A program made the translations under genes and the position numbers. A stretch of 63,257 nucleotides of DNA, counting the filler, from Perkinsus chesapeaki ATCC PRA-425 (lineage: Eukaryota > Protista > Perkinsozoa), in NCBI GenBank assembly GCA_013115145.1. It is 4 parts of 4 records of this genome, joined end to end, with 100 filler letters (N's around TTAATTAATTAA, not from the genome) between each part and the next. Parts side by side here need not be neighbours in the genome. Positions count along the whole stretch, not along the records: positions 21,191 to 33,476 come from JAAPAO010000816.1; 3 more parts are not named here. The stretch is one strand, 5' to 3'. The notes under the pieces are model-generated. The model was not told where the DNA came from. It saw only the letters and a program-made list of their open reading frames with translations, and did not search any database. Of this stretch, positions 23,599 to 33,576 are shown in pieces. Each line of letters opens with the position of its first letter. Within the stretch, counting starts at the first letter, position 1.

Positions 23599-24042
23599 AC
23601 GTGCCACAAAAAGTAAACTGGAAAAGGCAAGATATTCACCTACTTACGACCCTTTTCTGAAGTACTCAGTTTTACCGATGTCTATGCAGTGGAACGAATG
23701 GATCTAACAGCAGCTAAAGGGTATGAGACCCCTACTCTTCCGGCCGGGAATATTGTGAAGCACATTAACTCAAAACCGTGTGAGGACGGAAATCATCAGT
23801 AAGTAGAATCAGGACGGGGGAGGAGCGGCAGTCTATTGCACAACAACTTCTCACTCAACAAGTGACAACGAACGTATAGGCTTGGCGTCACCAAGCCACT
23901 AAATAGTATGGACTGCCGCAGTACGGCAGTTATCGGAGGGAAATAATATAATGGTCGTCATTGAGCAAAAAACAACATTTGCCAACGACGTCGTGAACAC
24001 GCCTTTGCGGGGCTCATACCACATAAAGTAGATAGACATAAT

Positions 24043-25458
24043 TTATCGACACATGAGAAAGACAAGAAACAGTACCAGTAGCGGTATAATACACGTAGCT
24101 GAGGCGTAGTGCTCTGGGATAATACTCACCAAAGAGGTGTCGAATAGAATACATCCTCCAGCGACCAACATTATGAGCTCGTAAAGGGCGGCTATGGCAA
24201 CCATTCCGGCAGCCGCAATTGGTTTTGGTATGTGCCTAACCTCAAACAGCTTGTAGGTCACAAAGACTAGGAATGGTAAACGGCAGAGCAATAATACCAT
24301 TGTTGAAGCTAAGCAACGTAGAATTACCCACCATTGGGGGCCGCCAAACGGTACTGTGCTACAGCAGCATACCATCATACGACCAACACATGCCAGTTCC
24401 ATTGGGAGAGATGTTATAGCAAACGTGAAGAAGCCGATTGTCCAGGGACGATTCCGATTGGTAATGTACTCTTTGTTATCCCTAACGTATCTCTCGAAGG
24501 ATTCCAGCGACCCATACCAATTTCTAATAACCTCGTGAATGAGCAGCTTGTCCTCTTCAAGTGAGCATTCTCCATCATCAACACTGAATTGGCTGACTTG
24601 TCGGTCTAAGTCCAACCTATGAGGCAAATACTCGTAAACAATAGCCAGTCCCCAGCAACTTGCCAAGAGCAAGCTGACCCTCAACATCCCTAAATAGTAC
24701 GGCCGTTTCACAGAGGCTTCAAAGCTGAGGATATGAAGAATAGAAATGGTCACGACGGCCAGAACTTCAATGGTGAAAAAGACGAAAGAAAACTTCATCT
24801 GTCTTATTGATACCAATCGGATATTACGTGTCATGGAATGCTGCTTGACAAAGCTGGCTACTTCGAAAACACACCAGAGGCGTTTGAAATAGTCACTTGA
24901 CCAAAGTACAAGGAGCTCATTGGAACGGGCAAGATATGAACTGAGACCCCATATACCACGAAGCTTTGATACTTGATCAGTCTGGCATATACAACATTTA
25001 TCAAGAAATACCATACTATCAATATAACCAGGCAATCGACATCCATAGAATAACGATAATAGAAATGATAGAAGGGATGTTAGATACGCTATTAAAAAAG
25101 ATAGGCTACTCGATAGTGTAGTGGACAGGCACGTTATAATGAATAATAGTGCGGAGTTCGCCACAATGTACGCCAGTCCTTTGTATTGAGCCATTGCCAA
25201 TGCGATGTGCTTCAGAGTTGGATTGGCAGACCAAGAGTGGCTAACAAACGAATCCAACTGTCTGACCGGCCTTGAAAGGGCATATGTATCATCTGCGCCA
25301 ACTGAATCTTTTAGAATATGCCTTTGATGGACAATCGTACTCAAAGGAACACCCCGAAGAAGTGACAGTGAGCCCGACGCATCCATAATCCTGTCTATTA
25401 CATCCTTACGGCAAAGGACTTCTATCATTTCAATTTCGTCGACCACTTCTTCATTCAT
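24043..25458 (-). CDS. HET/TIR-like domain multi-pass membrane protein (copy A), intronless
   Basis: FVSHSW-[TM hairpin]-FLDKCCICQTD...SNELLVLWSSDYFKRLWCVFE, followed by several hydrophobic helices. The ORF track starts at GTG 25467; the first ATG is at 25458. Confidence 0.8.
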   Translation of the reverse strand: MNEEVVDEIEMIEVLCRKDVIDRIMDASGSLSLLRGVPLSTIVHQRHILKDSVGADDTYALSRPVRQLDSFVSHSWSANPTLKHIALAMAQYKGLAYIVANSALLFIITCLSTTLSSSLSFLIAYLTSLLSFLLSLFYGCRLPGYIDSMVFLDKCCICQTDQVSKLRGIWGLSSYLARSNELLVLWSSDYFKRLWCVFEVASFVKQHSMTRNIRLVSIRQMKFSFVFFTIEVLAVVTISILHILSFEASVKRPYYLGMLRVSLLLASCWGLAIVYEYLPHRLDLDRQVSQFSVDDGECSLEEDKLLIHEVIRNWYGSLESFERYVRDNKEYITNRNRPWTIGFFTFAITSLPMELACVGRMMVCCCSTVPFGGPQWWVILRCLASTMVLLLCRLPFLVFVTYKLFEVRHIPKPIAAAGMVAIAALYELIMLVAGGCILFDTSLVSIIPEHYASATCIIPLLVLFLVFLMCR

Positions 25459-25592
25459 ACGTGCCACAAAAAGTAAACTGGAAAAGGCAACACATTCTAT
25501 GAAGGCAAGCCAGATACAATTTTACGAGACTCTCCTTACGACTCATGTTTATTGTGTACAATATGTGAAATAGTTTTTACAAGAAAGTTAAA

Positions 25593-25648
25593 CAATCTCC
25601 ACCCGGGTCCGAACCTGGGCCTCCTGCCCATGATAATGACCGCCTACC
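25593..25648 (-). pseudogene. Degenerate tRNA-like element (A-box + B-box), element 2
   Basis: TAGTAGAATGG (A-box-like)...CCAGG-TTCGGAC-CCGGG-TGGAGAT at tRNA spacing. Acceptor and anticodon stems do not pair. Loosely tRNA-Val-like. Confidence 0.55.
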
Positions 25649-26023
25649 ATTCTACTAAAAATTCAGTCATAAATGTGACTTTCACATCGCACACGGTCAA
25701 CGACAGCGCAATCTAGGCTGCATCCTTTCAGTTGAATAGATTCCTTATCGGGATATCTGCGACCGTTTCTTAATCGCTTATTAAGACTGCGTCTTATGGT
25801 GCAAGAAGCTGCTCAGAGGCATAAGCGAATTCAAATGATTTCAATGCTCTTGAGGAAGTTTTGGTATAAAGCATTTTTGAGATCTTTACGAAAATGCTTT
25901 GAATTAGGCCTAAGGGTTACGAAGCCGCATCTTCGTTGCTTAGACAAGCAACTTCTTGCATACACTTCCTTCCAAAGCTTTTCTAGAGTTTGCGCAATCG
26001 TTACTCCCATCAGCTGCTTTCCA

Positions 26024-27259
26024 ATGGAAGCTTGGCTCAGCTCAGCAGACCTCGTCCGCCAAGTGGCATCGTCTTTGTATCAATCAGACGTGTGCAGTTT
26101 GTGGCGAACCTGTAAAACTGCCCGGGAACACCTTCGTGTCGATGGCCTGCTTTGGGTGCCAAATATTTTCCTACTCAATAGCGGAGATACCGCAAGATGC
26201 CTCGCTGAAGTGCACCCGGACTCTGTACAGTTTATGCGTATCGCCTTGTCTAAGTGCCGAGACGCTGCTATTCTGTTGCCATTCGCGCCTCACTTGAAGG
26301 GTTTGGGTATTGAACTCAGCAGCGCCTATTTACTAGAGGTCCTCACCGAGCAACTTCACGGTCATCTCGGGAAACTCGATCGGCTATGGGTGGAGTTCAT
26401 CGGTCACAGTCTAGCCCTGGACGGATCCATTGCTTCCCCAACGTCGATCGACGACAACATCGCTCTTCTAGGAAATGACTGTAGAGAAGTTTATGTGGCG
26501 TGCATTGGTGGCAGCATGCCTCTTCGCATGACCGCTAAAATAGGCACCAAGGTCACGAGGCTCACACTGGCCGGTAAATTCGGTGCTCGCACTCTTGAGC
26601 GCCTGAGCTGCCTTCCTCGTAACCAACTCATCTGCCTTGATCTAGCCAGGTGCCATTTGCCGCAGCGTCAGCCATTAGCGGCTTTTGCGGAAATTATTGA
26701 GTCTCATTCGGAGTCATTGAGCTATATGTCGTTCAAGTGCTCTCCTGTACCGAATGTATCAGAGATTCTGGGCGTTAGCGGAAGGCATCCACGATTGGTG
26801 TGTTTTATGAAACTTGTACGTGACCACGAAGAAGTTGTGTCGATTACTGTTTCCGATCTATCCCCTCGCGCAACATTTAGTGCCTCGTCTGGCAGTCGGG
26901 CTAAGTGCTTTGATCGATACGATCATTTGCAACTGCTCGGATGGGACGCATTTGGTGTGTTCGCCGCTACCTTCGGGAACTTGAAGTTCCGAACAGTGGA
27001 GGATATGTGGGCAGCTCTGAGCAGCGAATCACGGCACATAGTGGACTTGATGGCCAGCCGGATAAATGGGCAATACAACGAATATCGGAAACTGGTGCCG
27101 GCGGCAGGCACAGGACAGCCTGGTTTCGAGTTGTCTATGTCGAGCGACTCCGAGTCGGATATTACCGAGCTAAGTTCCTCGTGGCGTAGCGCTAGCGACA
27201 GGTTAGACTCTTCCTCATCAGAGGAGAGTGACGAATCAACGTCTTCCGATGGAGAGTAG
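26024..27259 (+). CDS. F-box-like/LRR-like protein with acidic Ser-rich tail; intronless
   Basis: MEAWLSSADLVRQVASSLYQSDVCSLWRTCK resembles an F-box. LxxLxL repeats follow (LKGLGIEL, LDRLWVE, VTRLTL, LICLDLARC). ATG 26024 follows a TTTTCTAG acceptor. Confidence 0.55.
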   Translation: MEAWLSSADLVRQVASSLYQSDVCSLWRTCKTAREHLRVDGLLWVPNIFLLNSGDTARCLAEVHPDSVQFMRIALSKCRDAAILLPFAPHLKGLGIELSSAYLLEVLTEQLHGHLGKLDRLWVEFIGHSLALDGSIASPTSIDDNIALLGNDCREVYVACIGGSMPLRMTAKIGTKVTRLTLAGKFGARTLERLSCLPRNQLICLDLARCHLPQRQPLAAFAEIIESHSESLSYMSFKCSPVPNVSEILGVSGRHPRLVCFMKLVRDHEEVVSITVSDLSPRATFSASSGSRAKCFDRYDHLQLLGWDAFGVFAATFGNLKFRTVEDMWAALSSESRHIVDLMASRINGQYNEYRKLVPAAGTGQPGFELSMSSDSESDITELSSSWRSASDRLDSSSSEESDESTSSDGE

Positions 27260-27707
27260 AAAACAAGTTGCGATGAATACGTAGATTGAGTTTGTAGTTC
27301 ACTAAAAGCATGTTTGGTCTTTTCTTTCATGCGTTCGTGTTGATGTGGTCAATAAAACATCTGAAACCTCGCATTACGGGTGATGAGTTACAGTCCAGGG
27401 CTCACTCACATTTACACTGATAACCAAAATATATAGTACAAGGGGTGGTCACTGAATAGCCGTAGAATGGTGGAACCAGTAATGCATTATGAAAAGACAA
27501 AGCTGATCCAGAAGCATACCACCCAATCACCGGCGTTCAAAATAACATGTTCAATATTCCTGGCTGGTGCTGGGTCAGAATCTACAGGAGCAACCCCCTG
27601 GAGACCTTGAAGCCAAGCAGAGCGAGATACAGCCACTTTCAGCGGCTGTTTGACAGCATAAGCCGAATAATAGAAGATACCATGGAGGCTGGCCCCAATG
27701 CCACCAG

Positions 27708-29111
27708 CTAGGCAGAGAAATGGGTCCACTTCAGCAGACCCAATGTTATGAACGGAAGTACGACCATGATCCATGCACATGGACGGACCGCAAATAGCAA
27801 TACTGTTGGCGAGTCAAATAGAAAAAAGGCTGCTTGCCCGGAGACGAACATCAATGCGCCATATGAAATGCCCAGTAATAAGATGATGAGCAGGATTATA
27901 CTTCTACCGAGAAATGTTTCACTGCCGAAGGCCCGGACGAGGCGGTACGAAGCCACCGTGAAAAGGGGCGTCCGACACATAAGCAGAATACTAACAGTTA
28001 TTGTGTCCCGGAGTATGATGTACCACGAATAACCAAGATCAACTTCAAGGCTAAAGGAAGAGAGACTCGCCGCAAGCCGAGGCCAGAAAACCAGTATATA
28101 GGGAAACATCACGACGCCTGCTACTTCCCTCGGCAAGGCGTCCTCTCGCTTTCTCATCATACTCCTCATACACGACCAACTATTCCGTACACAATCATTA
28201 AAGCTCCTATCTGAACCATACCACTCGTTTATTCGCAACCTTAGCATTTCGGTGTCTTCACTGAAGGTACACTCCGCTTCATCTACGGAGAACCTTTGTA
28301 CCTGCTTCTTCAGTGCCAACTTCGCGGGAACAAAGTAGAGGAGGACAATTAGACATACACCAACAGACATAAATACTTCAAAGAGAAAAAATACAATCGG
28401 GGGGGTCCAGGATTTCATGAGTTCCTCACATGGAGTTGGTATATAGAGCACCTCAATGACCAAAAGCCCTAAAATTTCTACCATGGCGATCAGATGTGCC
28501 AAGCGTGAAGTTAATATGGAGTAGCACCTGATGGAGCTCACGTTGTGGATATGGAGGAAGTTGGCATACTCAAAGACACACCAAAGCCTCGAGAAGTACT
28601 CGGGCGTCCAAAGGATAAGCAGCGTATCAGATCGATTAAGGTAGGCTTCCATGTTCTTCAACCCTTCCCTCTTCGCCTTCTCGTCAACTTGAGGTATACA
28701 GCATTTATCAAGGAACACCATTTTCTTGTTGGTTCGGCTTGGGATTAGATAACCAAACCACATACCGAGAAACATGGCAAACACACCGAGTACTTCCGTG
28801 GCTACAACAGCCTCTCTCTTGTAAGCGGGTAAGAAGTAAATACCGACTGATAATGGTATAACAGTGAGGAGCATTGCAATATAACCAAACTTGACATACA
28901 GAACGGTAACGAGCGTCATGTGCTTCCAGAAAGGGCTACCAGACCATGAGTGACTCAGAAATTCATCCAAGCTCTCGACTGGTTTAGACAACCTGTATGA
29001 TTCATCTGACGGCTTTGAAGTGCGCAACAAATACCATCTCCGAGTAACATCGTGTAAGTATACACCTCTCGTAGGCATCTCGCCTAGCTCGGCACTAGGT
29101 TTCAATGTCAT
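27708..29111 (-). CDS. HET/TIR-like domain multi-pass membrane protein (copy B), intronless
   Basis: FLSHSW...FLDKCCIPQVD...SDTLLILWTPEYFSRLWCVFE, FSVDEAEC..ED..LR.RINEWYGS, many TM segments. Confidence 0.8.
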   Translation of the reverse strand: MTLKPSAELGEMPTRGVYLHDVTRRWYLLRTSKPSDESYRLSKPVESLDEFLSHSWSGSPFWKHMTLVTVLYVKFGYIAMLLTVIPLSVGIYFLPAYKREAVVATEVLGVFAMFLGMWFGYLIPSRTNKKMVFLDKCCIPQVDEKAKREGLKNMEAYLNRSDTLLILWTPEYFSRLWCVFEYANFLHIHNVSSIRCYSILTSRLAHLIAMVEILGLLVIEVLYIPTPCEELMKSWTPPIVFFLFEVFMSVGVCLIVLLYFVPAKLALKKQVQRFSVDEAECTFSEDTEMLRLRINEWYGSDRSFNDCVRNSWSCMRSMMRKREDALPREVAGVVMFPYILVFWPRLAASLSSFSLEVDLGYSWYIILRDTITVSILLMCRTPLFTVASYRLVRAFGSETFLGRSIILLIILLLGISYGALMFVSGQAAFFLFDSPTVLLFAVRPCAWIMVVLPFITLGLLKWTHFSA

Positions 29112-29399
29112 ACAGGATTAAACAACGCCTGTGAATAATTGGTAATAAGTATGAGGCCAACTTTAGCGCGACAAAGAATCAAGAATTTCTTCCATCTGTG
29201 ACCCGGCTTGGCACTGGAGATGGATCTCCCTGTAAAGCCATGGTAATGTCAGAAGTGGTCTCGATCTTCTAGGCGATAATAAAGCTGTGTGTTGCTACCG
29301 CGACCTTCCGATTCGGAAGTTTTGAAGACTTCACGTGACACACAGACTGTGTGACACAGCATAGACAGGGAACCCTGTACGTCACGGCAGTGCATCAAA

Positions 29400-31100
29400 C
29401 TTTGAGGCGCGAAATTCGTGCCACGACTGCCTTGAGCCGAAGGTTTGAGGTCTCACAGAACTCAATACTTCATATATATAGAGCTATGTTAGTGAATCTT
29501 GCACACTTACTATGGCTTTTCAGCAGGAATATTTCGCCAGATAACCTTGTGTTTTCGGTGACGGACTTGTCACGCGGGAATGGTGGAAAGTAACCTAAAT
29601 GCTCAAGGGGTTCCCGGCGTCTCAGAGTTCTCAGGTGAATTTTCGCAGGCTCTGTGAGAAATATGATGCGGAACTCACCGCGGAGTGAGTATTTGGATTC
29701 GGGAGAACACGAACTACTATGACAAGCGCGGGGAAGAGTCTTGCATATAGCTTTGGCAGGGAAGGCTGTGCGATCGGAGACGAATATCATCTCGATATCC
29801 CTCCTGATAGCATCTAGGCGGACGGTACTGGAAGATCAAGGGCAACAACCTAGAAGGTGCACGATGTTCGCATGTCTCCCAGGCTACTAGTCATCAGCGC
29901 CATTAAAGTCATCAGTGATGACGTATTCGGATTTCAAACTTCAAACCCTTCGAGATGCGTAGGACCCTGGGCGTATCGCATAGTACCAGTAGCACCTTGA
30001 AGAGACGATCTCCGCACCCTCCTTCCGTAAGGTGCGAAACTCATAACATATCCCCCCGTAAGCAAGAGAGAAGGACTCCTTCCATGAAGGAGCTCCTCGA
30101 GCACCTCCCTCAAGGCAAAATCGCGGAGCTATGCGGCCCGCACTGAAAATTTTTCAGTGAAAAGCCGTCAAATATTGTCTTCGCCTTCATCTTGCTTCAC
30201 CAAGCAAATTTGGATAATCGAACAGCCTTATCTCTCAATGAGTATTCCCATATTGTTCAAAAGTTCGGTGGATCTTGTTGTTGCAGGTTGCGAGTGACAG
30301 AGCATACACCACCCGCGTAAAGGGTTGTAGGCGTATATTGATGAGGGTACCATGATGGTACTACCATCCCTACAGTACGGGTAACCCTCCTTCTTGCTAA
30401 GGAGTCCTTAGCCTAGGCCGTAAAGTGTGCTCGCAGCCCGAAGCAGGCGCCAAGGCGCCTGAGTGTCTCAATACCGGTAGCTCCGAGTTCATTCTAAGAG
30501 TTGTAGTGTTAGACACTCGAGATCGAATCTAGTACTATCAAAGGCGGCGAGTAGCGGCCCGCTACTAGCGGTCGGTGCTGCAGAAACTCCCGCCAGGGCT
30601 GGGGATCGCGATGGCATGACTTCAGAGACTGTCGTACAGTTGGACAAAATCCTTGACCATTAGATGGTCGATTCGGATCCTCGTCCGGGGCTTGGCCGGT
30701 CGTCTCGTCGTCAAAGGAGCGGTCTAGCCGGGTGAATAACTCTAGCCGCTGTCAAATCGATTACTTTGGAGTGTCGACAAGGTCGAGTCGACACACCCTA
30801 GATCAGCTCAGAGTTGGCAACTCTGACCTAGTCAGGTCACCCGAGGAAGCGACTCAGGCCCGTGAGACCGCGCGGAAGGCAGCGTGGCAGGCAATCAGCA
30901 GCGAGGGGTAGATCTTCTCTGGTGAGCCTCTCGCGTTTGGTAACTGCGGATTCAGCAGTGCGGAACAGTCGCTTCTATCGAAACTAATGCCAGCGTGGAT
31001 ACCGATTGCGGTGTTCATGCAGCGCCTGGTACCGATCGGGTCCAGTAGGTGCCGATAAGGCAACCAGAAGGAACCTGTCAACCACGCTACTTGAGTACTA
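29400..31100. mobile_element. Probable decayed repeat/retroelement relic (hairpin-rich region plus interrupted gag-like frame on +)
   Basis: No intact ORF. The + frame at about 30616-31090 is protein-like but broken by TAG/TGA stops. Many short palindromes. Family not identified. Confidence 0.3.
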
Positions 31101-31449
31101 AAATAGAAACTGTTAGCGGAGCCAAGGTCACTTTACCACCTGATTCCCATTGACACTTAAAGAAGACGACAAATTATCGAAATTTATTGAAAATAAAAGA
31201 CGTATACGAATGCAGCAGTGAGTGGACTCCACGACCCTTACTCATCAAAGATCGATCTTTGACGCTTTAGTGATGTAGTGCTAGTTCGAGAACGGAATTT
31301 CGTCGTGATATTCCCGAGACGGAGAAATCCCTGAGCAGTCAACAACCAGCAATTTCAGTCCAACATACTCAATGGTGAACACGCCAATGAAAATGTGTCC
31401 AATAGACTGATACAAGTGCGATAATAGGAAGGATAACGAAAAGCCACGC

Positions 31450-32793
31450 CTACGGGCTATTCAAGAACAACACCATAGTTGGTGGTCCATAGAAGAAGAG
31501 AACGCCTTGCGCTCCAATAAATTGGCCAACGCTATAAAGCAAGGCGAATGATACGAGAGCTGAGGTACCGAAGCACTTGGCTAGAGTGCTCTTACGTTCT
31601 AGGACACTGCCTGTGCAATACGATATAACAACGAAGAGAGGCACGCGGCATGCAAGCAATACATTCAGCACAAGTGTACTTCGAATAATGAGAGTCCACG
31701 AGTACTCCGGGTATTCGTTGTTCCAGGCTATAGCACACGCCAGACGAGGCCACAGAGCCATTACATATGGAAACATCACGAAGGCTACTACCTGAACCGG
31801 TAATGCCGGATCAGAAATTTTCATTGCGAGGCTTATTCGTGACCAGCTACTCCGTAGACACTCATCAAAGTTTTCCTGTGATCCATACCACTCGGATATT
31901 CGAGAGCTCAGCATTGTAGTATCTTCGGCAAGCGTGCAGTGCGCTGCACTCATTGAAAACTGCTGAATTTGCTTATTCAACTCCCTCTTCGCAGGAAGAC
32001 AGAAGAGAAGCACAATTACACATACACCAACGCTCAATGCGACCTCGGTCACGGACCAGCAAATGGAGGGTATCCACAATTTTATTTGCGAGCCCCTCGA
32101 AATTACGGCGTTTGCGATTTCCACAATGAGAACACACGCGACCTCCCACCAGACAACCACATGATAAAACTGCATGAACCAAGCCGACCAGCACAGAATC
32201 GAGTCGGGTCCATGACTACGAAGGTAGCTAGCCAACTCAAAGACACACCAAAGCCTCGAGAAGTACTCGGGCGTCCAAAGGATAAGCAGCGTATCAGATA
32301 GACTAAGGTAGGCTTCCATGTTCTTCAACCCTTCCCTCTTCGCCTCTTCGTCAACTTGAGGTATACAGCATTTATCAAGGAACACCATTTTCTTGTTGGT
32401 TCGGCTTGGGATTAGATAACCAAACCACATACCGAGAAACATGGCAAACACACCGAGTACTTCCGTGGCTACAACAGCCTCTGTCTTGTAAGCGGGTAAG
32501 AAGTAAATACCGACTGATAATGGTATAACAGTGAGGAGCATTGCAATATAACCAAACTTGACATACAGAACGGTAACGAGTGTCATATGCTTCCAGAAAG
32601 GGCTACCAGACCATGAGTGACTTAAAAATAGATCTAACTTCTCGACTTGTCTCGACAGCTCGTAAGTTTGCCCGGATGCCTCCGAGTTGTAAAATAAATA
32701 ACACCTGGCGGTGACGTTATCCAAAGTGATTCCTCTAATATGAGACTCGAGCACTGGTCTCCCGTTCGACCGGTCCAAAGTTCGAAAATCCAT
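31450..32793 (-). CDS. HET/TIR-like domain multi-pass membrane protein (copy C); premature TAG before last TM helix
   Basis: Same motifs as copy B. The frame continues past TAG 31452-31450 as AWLFVILPIIALVSVYWTHF.. to TGA at 31369. Confidence 0.8.
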   Translation of the reverse strand: MDFRTLDRSNGRPVLESHIRGITLDNVTARCYLFYNSEASGQTYELSRQVEKLDLFLSHSWSGSPFWKHMTLVTVLYVKFGYIAMLLTVIPLSVGIYFLPAYKTEAVVATEVLGVFAMFLGMWFGYLIPSRTNKKMVFLDKCCIPQVDEEAKREGLKNMEAYLSLSDTLLILWTPEYFSRLWCVFELASYLRSHGPDSILCWSAWFMQFYHVVVWWEVACVLIVEIANAVISRGSQIKLWIPSICWSVTEVALSVGVCVIVLLFCLPAKRELNKQIQQFSMSAAHCTLAEDTTMLSSRISEWYGSQENFDECLRSSWSRISLAMKISDPALPVQVVAFVMFPYVMALWPRLACAIAWNNEYPEYSWTLIIRSTLVLNVLLACRVPLFVVISYCTGSVLERKSTLAKCFGTSALVSFALLYSVGQFIGAQGVLFFYGPPTMVLFLNSP

Positions 32794-33476
32794 GAAAAGA
32801 AAGGTCACACGTCACACGTCACACGTCGCACTTCTCATGCCACTACTGGGCTCCGCGGAATGTTTCCAGACTCCCGGCTTCAAGCGCAAGCAGGTGGCAA
32901 GAATGGTATCGAATGATCTTTTCACCATCCTGCTCGGGAGCTACAAAGGTACCAAACCCCATTCGACCACCGGAAGAGGACTCCCCCACGGAGTTATACC
33001 ACCCATTGAAAGGCAGTCATACTGATCGTAACGGGACAGGGCGTGCGGTCAGGCAGCTCCTGGCAAAACTCCTGTGTCTACCCGAGTCAGCTAACCCGAC
33101 TCAGTTTTTTTTTAGAAAAAATGGAGGCTCTACGACTGAAGAATCTGTGGTCTCCTGTTTTTTTTGCGCGCGGGAAAGGCGAAGCACAATGTGCTCACCA
33201 CATGTGAAGATGCGCCTTCTTCCCCGCATCCGTATTGCTCGGAGGAAGAACAGACAGTGAATGTAGTGGGCTCCGCTCAGCGAAGGTGAAATCAGTTCTT
33301 GTCTTGAGCGGCGTGGGTCGCGCCGAAGCACATATTAGTAGCACAATATCTCTGTTGGTTGTTCAATTCTTGCACTGCGTTTCGACTTGCCCCGAATACT
33401 TGGTCTACACCTTTTCAACGCCTATTTCGACAATAGTAACTTCTATTTCGACAGGCGAGCGAGATTTATGTTAAGA

Positions 33477-33576
33477 NNNNNNNNNNNNNNNNNNNNNNNN
33501 NNNNNNNNNNNNNNNNNNNNTTAATTAATTAANNNNNNNNNNNNNNNNNNNNNNNNNNNNNNNNNNNNNNNNNNNN
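33477..33576. other. Artificial scaffold linker (44N-TTAATTAATTAA-44N)
   Basis: Same spacer as 21091-21190. Confidence 0.97.

Noticed and set aside
29433-29453. Second SL-like sequence on the minus strand (ACCTCAAACCTTCGGCTCAAG)
   Set aside because: Only the last 8 nt match contiguously (about 14/21 overall), which is too weak without other copies.
30854-31081. Minus-strand RNase H-like words (RW...ADCLPR)
   Set aside because: Multiple stops, no other pol motifs downstream, and the plus strand looks at least as protein-like.
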